Assembly: GCF_002571385.2 (NCBI RefSeq)
Contig: NW_019218050.1
Coordinates: 1-64,000 of the forward strand
Source of the DNA: Stylophora pistillata
Lineage: Eukaryota
DNA length: 64,000 bases
Direction: 5' to 3'
Shown: positions 34,473-45,737 of the stretch, piece after piece
Numbering within the stretch: position 1 is the stretch's first letter
Layout of the letters: the number at the start of each line of letters is the position of its first letter
Notes under the pieces: model-generated
Told to the model about the DNA's origin: nothing
The model's database searches: none
What the model saw: the letters and a program-made list of their open reading frames with translations, nothing else
Program-made: the position numbers and the translations under genes

Positions 34473-36066
34473 AAGTTACCAGATTCTTAGTTCATTACAA
34501 GGCGGGTGGCAGTCCCTTACGAGGACGTCGCCCGTCTTGTGAGTAACGTGTTGATATAAAATGTGATAGCATGACTTGCTGGGCTGAATGGGAACGCTGA
34601 GAAGTTGATCTTCTTATGATAACTCAATAAATATATATAGAGTTCAAGTGAAAGGTTTAGAGCACAACTTGAAAAAAATGTAGAGCAAGACTGGGGAGAA
34701 AAACTAGTCATGCAAGCCCCCCTTTCATGGCATGCAAGCACACAAGATCACAGGATTGAAACTTGACAAGCCACCCGTTCACCTGAGAGAGCAATGTTAC
34801 TAGTAGAGCCTGCTGTCGCATTTTGGCAGCAGTTCAAAAGGCTCNNNNNNNNNNNNNNNNNNNNNNNNNNNNNNNNNNNNNNNNNNNNNNNNNNNNNNNN
34901 NNNNNNNNNNNNNNNNNNNNNNNNNNNNNNNNNNNNNNNNNNNNNNNNNNNNNNNNNNNNNNNNNNNNAGTGGGGCTTTTAATTCATTCTATATTTCAAT
35001 GTTTAACATGTTGAAACTTGTTGGTAAGTATCTTGGTGTTTACAGTGTAAATTGCTTGTATGGATTAAGAAGCATTCCTAGCTAGTAATTGACCAGTTCC
35101 TTTCTAGTTGCTAAGGTTATTCATTTCTTCATTTTGTCTTTTTGCAACCTTTTTAAAGACAGTTAATTCTAAATGTTGTTGTCAGTCTACTTGATTTCAA
35201 AAAATATTACGTCAGGGGAAAGGAATGTCATTTTTCTAACTGTTATAGGCAGTAAGGAAAATAAACCAGCACATCAGAAATTCAATCATTCTTAAAGACA
35301 AGTGAACTGCAGATCACATCATAGAATAGAAAATTGGGGTACAAAATAGTAATTTATGTCCTTTCAAACTGGCTTGTTTGTATTTTAATTAATTGACTAA
35401 AATATGTTTGGTATTGATTAATATTCTTTATTTTGGAGGAGGGGGGGAGGGGGGAATGTTACTGAATGAATGTTTCCAGCCATCTGCAAACTAACAAATA
35501 CAGTAAAGTGGCCTAAGGAACAATCCTTCTGTAAAAAATAAAAAAAAGAATAATAATCTTAAAAAAAGAATATACACAAAAGGCAACCCTTCAGTAACAG
35601 GTTTGTACAACTCTAACACTCTGTAGAATGTTTGAGTAAAATCATTTTATCTGCAGTAAGTTAAAAAGAAAAATAAAGAAAAACAAAGTTTACGGTTCTT
35701 TTCTTTTTCCTGTGTAGTTGGCTACAAAACCTCAGTAACTGCCTCCTACCTAAGTGCAGCAATACTTTTGGTGACTCATATTAATTATGAAACTTAGAAA
35801 TAATGAACACCAGAGCTATTCATAGAATTATATTGTGTTTCAAGGAAGTAGCCTATCTTCATCATAAAATTAAACTTAACTGCTCAGGGCAATTGTAATC
35901 AGTTTGTGGTTTTTAGGTTTGTTTACATGTCCTCACCCTTATTGTGATTAGTCACTGAACACATGACCTGCCTCAATTCTATCAAAGTGTTGACAGCTTC
36001 CTATCTTTTTGAGAAATAAGATGTTATCAACTTTTTTGACAATTTGAGCAATGATGCTTGCACAAA

Positions 36067-37734
36067 CTAGCGTTGTCCAGTAGGTATAACTGATATCTTA
36101 TGCCATTCATTTTTTCCTAAATCACAACAGAGCACATCGTTTTGGTAGTCGTCCTCATCCTCCCCTCCAAACAAATAAACTTTGTCTCCGATACTCACAA
36201 TACCACTTGCAGCACGAGGAATACTAAGGCTAGGCACCAGACTCCACTGATTTGCTCCTTGGGAAAATATTTCACAGGAAGGTTCTATGGTTAAACTTGT
36301 CATGTCACCAAATCCTCCAACAACAAAAATGTTTCTTCCAACTGCCACAGCAGCTGCAGACCTTCGCACCTTAGACATACCTGAGATCTCAGCCCATTGG
36401 TCAGTTGATGGATTGTAACACTCTGCACTGCTTAGACAAACCTTACCATTGTAACCAGCAACGACATAAATATGTCCTTGTAGTACAACTGCACTGTGTC
36501 CAGCACGAGTAGTTTCCATTGATGTCCCTTGTCTCCATTTGTTAAGAAATGGAGTGTAAATTTGAACATCTTGCCATGAATCCTTGCCACCAATTACATA
36601 GAGCTCCTCATTAAGTGATGTTACTGTACAGCCTTCTCGATCCAGAGTGAGGTCTAGTGTGTCCCACTTATTTTGTTTTTGGTCCAAAAAACACACTGGG
36701 ACTGATTGTTTTCCACCCATCACATACAAGATCCCACTACAAATTGCAGCCCCATGAAGGGAACGAGAAAAAGGCATTGTGGGTAAGTAAAACCATCCTA
36801 AGGTGGAAGGTACAAAACACACAGTAGTGTCATAGTTTGATCCCCATGTAACTTCTCCACCAGTAAGAATCACAACGTCTTCCCAACTGCTCAATGAGAG
36901 ACGAGGTTTCATTGATGTGACTAGCAACTCACCTGGGAATATGAACAAATCTAATGCAGATATTACTTCTTTCATGCAAACTGGATCCTTACTGACTAAC
37001 TCCTCATCTAAAATATTTCGAAGTTTGTACTTTGATAATGAGAAAAGTCTTACACATTTAAGTAGACTTTGAAGTAAACACTCCCTGGATGAAAGATCAT
37101 GTTTGACCCAGGCCATCACTGCTTCATACACTTCCTCTTCCTCGGCCACGTTTATCTCGTCCATGCAAATCAGTTCTGTAACTTTCTCCACATCAAGCAG
37201 TCTGAAATCTTCGGATTTCGCGACCTCCACAAAATTTTCCATCTCATAGTCAACTGCAGCCCTTTTGAGTGACTCACAGTTGTACCGAGAAGCAAACGAT
37301 TCTAAAGCCAAGCAATTCGAAGCTTTCAATGTTTCTTCGAGGAAACGGGTTACTCTCCCTTTCAAACTTGGAATGATCAAATAGTCTGCGGCCATCACCA
37401 AATCTTTCGCGTTGGAAGAGTCGATTCTTGTTTCACCAGTATAAACATACCGAAGAACATCATTAAGAGTCGAAGACTTGATATCTTGTATATCAACAAG
37501 TTTACTTTCTTTTTCTCTCAATTCACCTGTAAACATTGCCCGAAAGTAAGGACTGGCAGCTGATAGAACACACTTGTGAGCGGGGAAGTCCTGTCCTTGG
37601 GCTCGAATTATCGTATCACAGAGAATGTTTGTTTCTCTGAGCTCATTGAGTTTTTGGAGTAGCTCTTCCTTAAAATCCCCGTAAGTTTTCTCCTCAGCAT
37701 CTCCCTTCAAAATGGTCGCATCAGCGGTCGCCAT
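36067..37734 (-). CDS. Kelch-like protein (BTB-BACK-Kelch), paralog 3, intronless, premature TAG near C-terminus
   Basis: Same motifs. Start MATADA. Paralog-like coding continues past the TAG at 36067-36069 to a second TAG at 36001. Confidence 0.85.
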   Translation of the reverse strand: MATADATILKGDAEEKTYGDFKEELLQKLNELRETNILCDTIIRAQGQDFPAHKCVLSAASPYFRAMFTGELREKESKLVDIQDIKSSTLNDVLRYVYTGETRIDSSNAKDLVMAADYLIIPSLKGRVTRFLEETLKASNCLALESFASRYNCESLKRAAVDYEMENFVEVAKSEDFRLLDVEKVTELICMDEINVAEEEEVYEAVMAWVKHDLSSRECLLQSLLKCVRLFSLSKYKLRNILDEELVSKDPVCMKEVISALDLFIFPGELLVTSMKPRLSLSSWEDVVILTGGEVTWGSNYDTTVCFVPSTLGWFYLPTMPFSRSLHGAAICSGILYVMGGKQSVPVCFLDQKQNKWDTLDLTLDREGCTVTSLNEELYVIGGKDSWQDVQIYTPFLNKWRQGTSMETTRAGHSAVVLQGHIYVVAGYNGKVCLSSAECYNPSTDQWAEISGMSKVRRSAAAVAVGRNIFVVGGFGDMTSLTIEPSCEIFSQGANQWSLVPSLSIPRAASGIVSIGDKVYLFGGEDEDDYQNDVLCCDLGKNEWHKISVIPTGQR

Positions 37735-38872
37735 ATTGTTTCGCAAGAACATGAACTTACTATGTCATGTACGGGAAAACAATTTGTAACGTTTGGCATG
37801 TCACACAGTCATGGTAACCACTGGGTGGGTTGTCGTCCATTACTAGGAAACATCGGAGCAACTTCAGAATACCCGGCCAGGCTTTGAAGAACGTGGCATA
37901 ACACAATAGTCGCTGTTCTTATTCCATGAGTAAATGAGTTGCTGAGTATTCTGCAGTTTAGCTGAAAGATCTCTTGGTTACACGTCCACGTCTTGCGAGC
38001 AACATGTATGGGCATAAAAAAAGGTGATAGCGTGACCTACTGTGTGACACATATAGCAATCCTACAGCAGTCGCAATGAAACGATTTAAAAATCACAGAG
38101 ACGTTTTCTACACTGTTTGGGCTGAATTAGAGTGCTGAGAAGTTTATCTCTTTGCGATCAATCAATAATTGTGTACAGGGTTCAAGTGAAAAGTTTAGAG
38201 AACGCCGTGAAAAAACGTAGCGTGATCTTCACGGACTGGGAAAAAACGCTTGTCACGCACGGTCTCGTCACGGCATGCGGGCACACACAGGTGAATCGTA
38301 TTCGACAACCGATCACTTGCCTGAAAGAGCAATGTTACTGGTAGATCTGTACTTTTCATTTTGATAGCACCCTCTATGGAATTAATATAATTATTTCCTT
38401 ATTCTAACGAACGTTTGCTAATGATCGATGAGGAGAAAACCATGACCACTTAAAATATTTGTAAAGCGATAAGAACCCCCATATCAATTTCAAAGATCGG
38501 GTCTGAAATCGAAATTGAAGAGAACGACAACAACACTATAGCTAATATTATGGAAAAAAGCTGGTTTCAAACATTAATATAATTTTTTCAGTACATCAAC
38601 TCATGAACGCGTTTTGATCATCCTAGTTTTGGATAGGCCGTTGAAAAAGACTGTTGGTAGTACAGCGATTTACGTTTCGACAACCTGAGAGGTCTTGGAG
38701 AAAGTCATCGCTAATTAGTGCCAAATTAATTGAAGTTTTGAAAATGGTATTTCTTTTTTTGACTCGTTAAAATTGATTGATGATCATTTCTGTAATGCTC
38801 TATTGTTAGCCTTCCTCACATGTGATTGGTTAATTCCTATCCGGTTGATTCATGTAAGGTCACTCATTTGGG

Positions 38873-39871
38873 TTAATTCAATTCTAAATTCTGCCGTTGG
38901 TTCACTTGATTTGAACAAATCTCAGGGTTGGTATGACTGTTGTTTTTCCCATTGCTAAAGGCAATAAGGAAAATAAACAAACACATAAGAAATTCTAACA
39001 GTCTTAAAGATGACTGCACCGCAAACCAAGGCCAGCTTTTGACAAAACCGATATCGGCAAAAACACCATATTCGCCGATAGCATTATACAATGACAGCGA
39101 AAACTTGAATATCCCTAGACAAGATGCCCAACACATCAGAATAAATAATCGCTTAAGTCGTTTGAAGTCCCGGTCTAACTCTCGGTTGAAGAATGTTCCA
39201 CCCAAAGAGGATTTTAAATTGCACCACATTCTGATTCCGGCAACTAAATACCCAACTGACACCGCTAGTCCCCAGGCCGCAAAGGTAACATGACAAATGA
39301 AGATCATCACCTTCGCTTCAGGATGAAACCAAACCACTAAGTCAGACAGCAGTAAGTAAGAGATGTTTACGAGAGCTATTGAAAGCAGGCACGGTAAGTT
39401 TTTAAGGCGGGCGGGACCCAGTGAAGTCTTAGTAGTTTCCAAAAAGATCAGAAGCATGATACTAAAACTTGATGTGATACAAGCTGAGGATATTCCCCAA
39501 GAAATAATGCAGATGAGAAGCTGCAAATCTGTTGTGTCGCTACTGGAGGCATAAGGATCCCAAAAGAGAATCAGAGATCGAAGAAATCCCGCAACAAGCA
39601 AAGCGATGTTCATTACGGCGCGATGAACTCTATGTTGCGTCAACACAGTTTTACGAGATGCGATAAAGCGCCTAATCGCGTACGATGCCACAAGAACAAA
39701 AATCCCTCCAAAACCATAGACGTGAGCTAACCACAGCCAATCCCACTCCTCGATAGCTTCGAGCCAGTTTGGGGAAGGTTCAGCCCAATTATGAAGTAAG
39801 TTGTCGCCAGTCGACTCATTTGATGAAGAAAATTGATGAGGTTTTTGGTCTTTGTCAGAGTTGGATGTCAT
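38873..39871 (-). CDS. PRRT3/PRRT4-like multi-pass membrane protein, single exon, 332 aa
   Basis: WAEPSPNW...W.WLWLAHVYGFGGIF motif, RSLILFWDPY, about seven hydrophobic segments and PWFAVQSSLRLLE. Confidence 0.78.
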   Translation of the reverse strand: MTSNSDKDQKPHQFSSSNESTGDNLLHNWAEPSPNWLEAIEEWDWLWLAHVYGFGGIFVLVASYAIRRFIASRKTVLTQHRVHRAVMNIALLVAGFLRSLILFWDPYASSSDTTDLQLLICIISWGISSACITSSFSIMLLIFLETTKTSLGPARLKNLPCLLSIALVNISYLLLSDLVVWFHPEAKVMIFICHVTFAAWGLAVSVGYLVAGIRMWCNLKSSLGGTFFNRELDRDFKRLKRLFILMCWASCLGIFKFSLSLYNAIGEYGVFADIGFVKSWPWFAVQSSLRLLEFLMCLFIFLIAFSNGKNNSHTNPEICSNQVNQRQNLELN

Positions 39872-41159
39872 GTTTTTTTTGTTTGCTGTAGTCCCGCACT
39901 GACACGGTTTGCCAAAGTGTCCATCACCACAGTACAGATGTCTTATTTCATTTCAGCATGCCGGCCAGCTTGAATGGTGAAGAGTAGGCAAATAGTCATA
40001 GATAAATAAACAAAAAAAAAAATCTGGAAGACTTAGGAAAACAAATTAAAACTCGGAAAGAATCGTGTGAAATAGTGAACCCGGGACCCAAAGGGCATGT
40101 TTTACCTGGTTAAAGGTACGTCGAGCGCAGAAGAACAGTGAATGATGCGAGGTAGAAACTGAGTATGGAGTTTCACGGTGGGCTTGAATCTAACAGTTTT
40201 TTTGATATTCGCTGTTTATCAATTGACAGAAATTTTCACCTCTTCCGCAGTAACAAGTCGTTCATTGGTTGAACAGGGGAGCACTCTTGTCAATCACCCT
40301 AACTGAAGTGGGTTTTTCAGTTGTGAAATCCGGTGATATTGACCCCTTGAGATCTGCCTAGCTAAGCACATATAAAAAGAATTTATTTTGATGCACGTTT
40401 TACATTTTTAATTAAATACCCGTGAAGAGAAGAGCAGAATTAAGGTTTTAAATTTCTTTGGGAAAGCTTCATCCCACGGGCTTGTTACTAATGGCGATAA
40501 TTTTTTTTAATTTTTTTTTTGTTGCATTAAAAATTTTAGTGATCTAAAGTTTGCGTTGGTGGCAAGGAGATGTTTTTACCTGATTTGAATTTAAATATGA
40601 ATGAAGTTGATTTGAATTAGAATTCAAAGATTTTTCATAACATTTGTTAATTTTGACAGCTTTTAATTAAAATGCAGCTCTGAAAATGCAACTGTTCCCG
40701 AAGTCTGCTGCAATTGGGTAATAAGCGGCTCGAAAAGACCTTGTAAAGTGGCACTAAGGACCCCTGCTGTGTTTTAGTGAGTCAAACTATTGGTTTAATG
40801 AAACTCTGAGGTGTTCTTCAAGTCTGTTGAGACGAAAAAAAAGGCTGATCATGGTCTGATTTCAAATAAGTTAATTTTAATACCCAGGCACTCGTGAAAA
40901 AGCAAAATTTTGGCCAAAAATCTGTGAAAATTTTATCAAATTCAGGTGAGCAATTAAAATGTGGACTTTCCAATTTCACTGAGTTGTAGGGTTTGATGGT
41001 CTCCGAGTTTGCGTTGGTTGTAAAGGGGGTGTATTCCAAATTGATAGCAACTAAAATTTGACATATTTTCATACATGGATATGTTTTGGTAACTTGAATT
41101 TAGTTATAAAACCGTTGATTGGTTGTATCTGATTCAAACGCTCAATCCAGTGCTCTTCC

Positions 41160-41495
41160 TCACGACGAAAAACATCTTTCTCTATTTCTTTACTAAGCTC
41201 AAAACTTACCATCTTTCTTATTCTATTTCTAAAACATGACTCTATCGACATTGCCGATCCTAGCAGTATGCAGGAAGCGCGTCGTACATGAACTTCGTTA
41301 TGAACTTTGCTCTCGATAGAGCCGGTCTCGGTGGGTCATTTGTAGAGGATCAGAGCGGGAAATCCGAAGGTCTGAGTTTCGATTCCTCGCGGGGACTCAG
41401 AATTTTTCCTTTGTTCCACGCTCGTGACAAATCGAAAAACTTCTTTCTCTTTTTCTTTACCAAGCTCAGAACTTACTATCTTTCTTATCCTGTAA
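41160..41495 (+). repeat. tRNA-related SINE-like repeat with about 65-bp direct repeats
   Basis: cgaaaaac.tctttctct.tttctttac.aagctca.aacttac.atctttcttat occurs at about 41166 and 41433. Between them is a decayed tRNA-like segment with B-box-like GTTTCGATTCC (about 41376). Confidence 0.55.
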
Positions 41496-42188
41496 CATAT
41501 ATGCAGGCCTCATATTGTAATTAGTATATACCACACACGTGAGTAGTGGTTTTCACGCGCGCTGATTGGTTGCTTCATAGGTGATTAGCTAGTACTATTT
41601 ACCCCGAGCAGCCGAAGAGACAAAATTGCACGCCAACAACTTAATTTGCGATCAGTTTTTGATATATTGACAGAAATTTTTTTTTCGGTTTCTGTGGGGT
41701 ATACACTAAAACACGTATTTACCGAAGTTGAGGTGAAAATGGTGGATATTTTACTTTGCTCTGGTGAATAATTGTTAATTATGATTGCAAGCAGGTCGGG
41801 CAAAATAAATATAATCTAACGAGTTGCTCCCGGACATACGTGGAATTATTCTTGCAACCCATCTGAGTCCTGCTAATGGCTAATGGCACTCTGAGGTGCT
41901 TTTATAATTGAGTTACACAACTGGAATAAAAACACGGAGTTGTGATGGATTGTGTGCGATTTCTTTAGCACATCCATGGTACTACAGAGCAGAGTAGTGG
42001 CTTCAAGCCCGTCCTGGAAAACTATATCCAGCTGAGTTAACAAAAACAAGAGTCATCATTTTCTTTGAATCTTGGATGAAAATAAGAAGTGTGTGTCGGC
42101 GGTAAGGTGAATCACTAAACCTGAACTTTGAGGATGTAATCCATGTAAAGTTTTGCAGTGATTGATTGGAAAGTTAACATATTGACAT

Positions 42189-42595
42189 TGACATGCGGTG
42201 CGAATAATAAGCATGCACTTCGCGCAGCACGAAATTGTGCGCTCTTTAGGGGAAGTTGCCGCAAAGTGAGAAGTAAGCAGGGCTCGCTCATTGAACAAAT
42301 TCACCTGTAATTTTTTCCAACGTCGCTTTCTCTCTAGATGCGAATCGACTGGAGTAATATGATTGAAAAAAATCGGATTTAACAAGTGACATGCGGTGCA
42401 AATAACAAGCATGCACTTCGCGCAGCACGAAATTGTGCGCTCTTTAGAGTAAGTTGCCGCAAAGTGAGAAGTAAGCCGGCAGGGCTCGCTCATTGAACAA
42501 ATTCACCTGTAATTTTTTCGAACGTCGCTTTCTCTCTAGATGCGAATCGACTGGAGTAATATGATTGCAAAAAAATCGGATTTAACAAGTGACAT
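42189..42595. repeat. Tandem duplication, about 200-bp unit x2
   Basis: tgacatgcggtgc...ggatttaacaag repeated at 42189 and 42388 with few differences. Confidence 0.9.
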
Positions 42596-42906
42596 TCTTA
42601 AGAGACAAGAAAAACAGTTTTTCCTATCCTTGCACCACCTAAAATCGAAATTCAGTTGGCTTGCCTAAAGATGTGACACCGTGGTGAGGAAGCGCTATTG
42701 CTCAAAACGACATGCCCCCGCCAAGATTAGGCTTTAAACTGTATATAAGTTTTGTAATCTTCGCAAGTGTCCGGCTGATTATCAACCATGCATGCTAAGT
42801 GTTTGACTCAGTACGCCTACGAAACATACACAACAGTTTCTTTCCAAGGTAACCCCTTTCTTTTCGACTAGTTGCTTATTTCAAGCGAAGTAACAAGAAT
42901 TAGTTA

Positions 42907-43762
42907 TTAGAAGGGCCTCTTCAGTTCTTCCAATTGAACACCCCGTGTACTGTTGGCGTCAGTATTTTTCGTCATCGCATTATGGAAAGATAATGTGAAA
43001 ATAGAGAAACTCATCAGAAGTTCAAACATCCTCAGTGGTGTCTGAACAGCAAACCAGGGCCAACTTTTAACGAAACCGATATCAGCAAAAGCACCGTACT
43101 CCCCGATAGCCGTATACAGTGATAGACAGAACTTTATCATTTTACAAAAAGATCAGTGCCCAACACTTCAGAGAAAATAATCGCTTAAGTCGTTTGGAGT
43201 CCTGCGCTGAAGTGAAGCGGCGAGCATTATCAACCAACGATGATTTCAAATTGAGCCACATTCTGATTCCAGCAACCAAATACCCAACTGACACTGCCAG
43301 TCCCCAAGCCGAGAATGTAACATGGCAGATAAAAATCATCACTCTCACATCAGGATGAAACCAAACTACCAAGTCAAACATTGGTACGTAAAATATGTCT
43401 ACGAGAGTTATTGATAGCAGGCACGGTAAGTTTTTAAGGCGGGCGGGACCCAGTGAGGTCTAAGTAGTTTCAAAAAAAGATGAAAAGCATGATACTAAAA
43501 CTTGATGTAATACAAGCTGAGGATATTCCCCTAGAAATAATGCAGATGACGAGCTGCAAGTCTGTTCTGTCGCTACTGGACGTATAGGGATACCAAAAGA
43601 GGATCAAAGATCGGAGAAATCCCGCAACAACAAAAAAAAAAATTAACTTTATTAGCTAACACAATTACTGGTAACCCAGTAGTTTACATGGTGGGCTATA
43701 GTCAAATTAAGTGATGTTCATTACCGTGCGATGAACTCTGGGTTGAGTAAAAATCGTTTTGT
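42907..43762 (-). pseudogene. 5'-truncated, frameshifted copy of the PRRT3/4-like gene
   Basis: Collinear with about 38960-39660. Frameshifts near 43141 and 43475, an insertion of about 80 bp at 43632-43710, and no first TM segment. Confidence 0.85.
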
Positions 43763-45737
43763 GCAAGGCTTTGAGCTTGTGTGTGAGGTTTTTCGCTTTT
43801 TTTCTCATTGGCACATTTTTTGGTATACTGGTAAATCCTTTAAGGGTGATATCCTCAAGAGAATAAACGCTGCTCTTCAATGAAATGCGAATTTTTTTTT
43901 TTCGTGTTTAGTACCAGTCCAAAGGAAGAGATATTTAAAAATCGCCGGTATCACAGCATAAGAATTATGATAAGCAGTTGGTTTGGGTCCTCAACAGTTT
44001 AGGATATTGTCAACTGTGGCCAATGTTTAGCAAAACAGCAAGCCATTTAGCAAAATATTCCCTACACGTGTGGGTTGGTATTTATTTCTGACTAATCATT
44101 CATATCGTAGGGCTACCCCTTGGGCCTAATTTTGCTAGTGTGTAGGCCGACCGCGTCGTAACGAACTTTTGACTGCACAGGATTTGGCGGACGCGCATTC
44201 TAATGGCGTTGAAATGGCGGTCAATTTCACATTTTCGCTGGGCTGGTTGCTCGACAACCCAACTTTTGTGGGATTTGTTTCGGTGAAATTGAAGGGCAAC
44301 TATTTGGCTTTCGTGCTGCCAAGTTTCGATTCAAGGGGAAGTATTTAAGTGTGTTTTTCGAGCGAGTTTGGCGAGCGTGTGTGAGACAAGGCTTTCCTAC
44401 CTTCCCTTTTATTTTGTAGTGCTAGGACGTTAAGCTGAAACACAACAAAACGGCCTCAAATCGCGACAAGAACAGCACAGACTACTCTTTATGAAGGTAA
44501 GACTTTATTTATTTGATTATTTCACACAACTTTATATTTACGGAGCTCAAAAGCAAGTCCAACTAAACCTCTATAGTAATCCGCTGTGAAAGACCCTGTG
44601 GTTTTATCGGGAACAATCATCAGTAAAATAGGATCAAAGAAGAAGAAAAGCAGCCATTCATCAAGTAATGAAAGATAATAGTAGAGATGAAATGTTTGAT
44701 TACTAAGTTTGCAGTCTTGTAAAGGTGATCACTAGAAATAATATTAAATTCTATAACTATTTTCTTGGATTACAACTTGGGTGATTCGCAGAACGTATCA
44801 GATCGTATTCAAGATGAAAATAATGCTAATAAATTTCAAGAAACATGTCTCAAGCAACTTTACCCCGATGATTTAAATAACAATGGGGCTCTTTTCATAG
44901 CTGGACATCTCAAAATTAATTACACTGTAAGTCAAATATTTGCAAAAGGCTTTTGGTCAGCCACCGTTGCTATCCAGTTTTACTGCAGCTTTGGATGTTT
45001 GAAAGCTAAAACAAACTAACTTTGACACGGTTCTTTGTCTTTTATCCAAGCTCTTCATCGAAATAAGTGGGAGAATCTGAATTTCAATGACAATATCAAA
45101 TAAAGGAAATAATCGACGAAAGAAACAGAATCGGAAAGCATGTCGTACTTGAATTTATTTCTACCATCCCGAAAGTCAAGAGGACAAAATGGTCAACTGG
45201 TGTTATTCCTAAAGAGAGCTCTTAACACTTGCAGCTTGCTAAAGAAATGCGTTTACTTCAAACTCATGCGGCCCTTCCCCTTCTTTTCAAGCTAACAAAG
45301 AAAATTAAAGTTTCATTCACAGCTACAGTCACCATTAAAGGTGTCTACAGTACTTCATTAATATTTAAAAATGGTTTTGTGCGCTTGAAGTCAACTTAGG
45401 TGATTTATTTAGAGTCAAGTTGGTTTAATGGCGTTTCAAATAAATTAAGGAGAAACTGAAACTACGATTAAAACAAGTTTCGATTTTCACTTCTCTTAAA
45501 TGTACCACATATTCTTATTGATTAAAGGTTTTGAAGATCCCCTGACCAGTTGAAATAATCGCAGAGATTCACTGTCCTGCAGTCCTACTTTCACACTTTT
45601 CGTATTCATCTATTCTGCGTTTCAAACAACGCACTATCTTGAACGTTCGTCCACGAAACAATTTTTTTTCCATTCTCATGTGTTTCCATTTGTAACTATC
45701 AAAATGTTTTGCCACGTCCCTTTTCGCGGTCTTTACT

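Noticed and set aside
42056-42493. 145-aa Cys-rich ORF with repeated CCAKC...CTAC
   Set aside because: Arises from the 200-bp tandem duplication. The unit length does not preserve frame cleanly and no domain is recognisable.
44420-44496. Isolated plus-strand AG/GTAAG-bounded exon-like segment
   Set aside because: No partner exons or recognisable coding signal found. May belong to a transposon or non-coding transcript.
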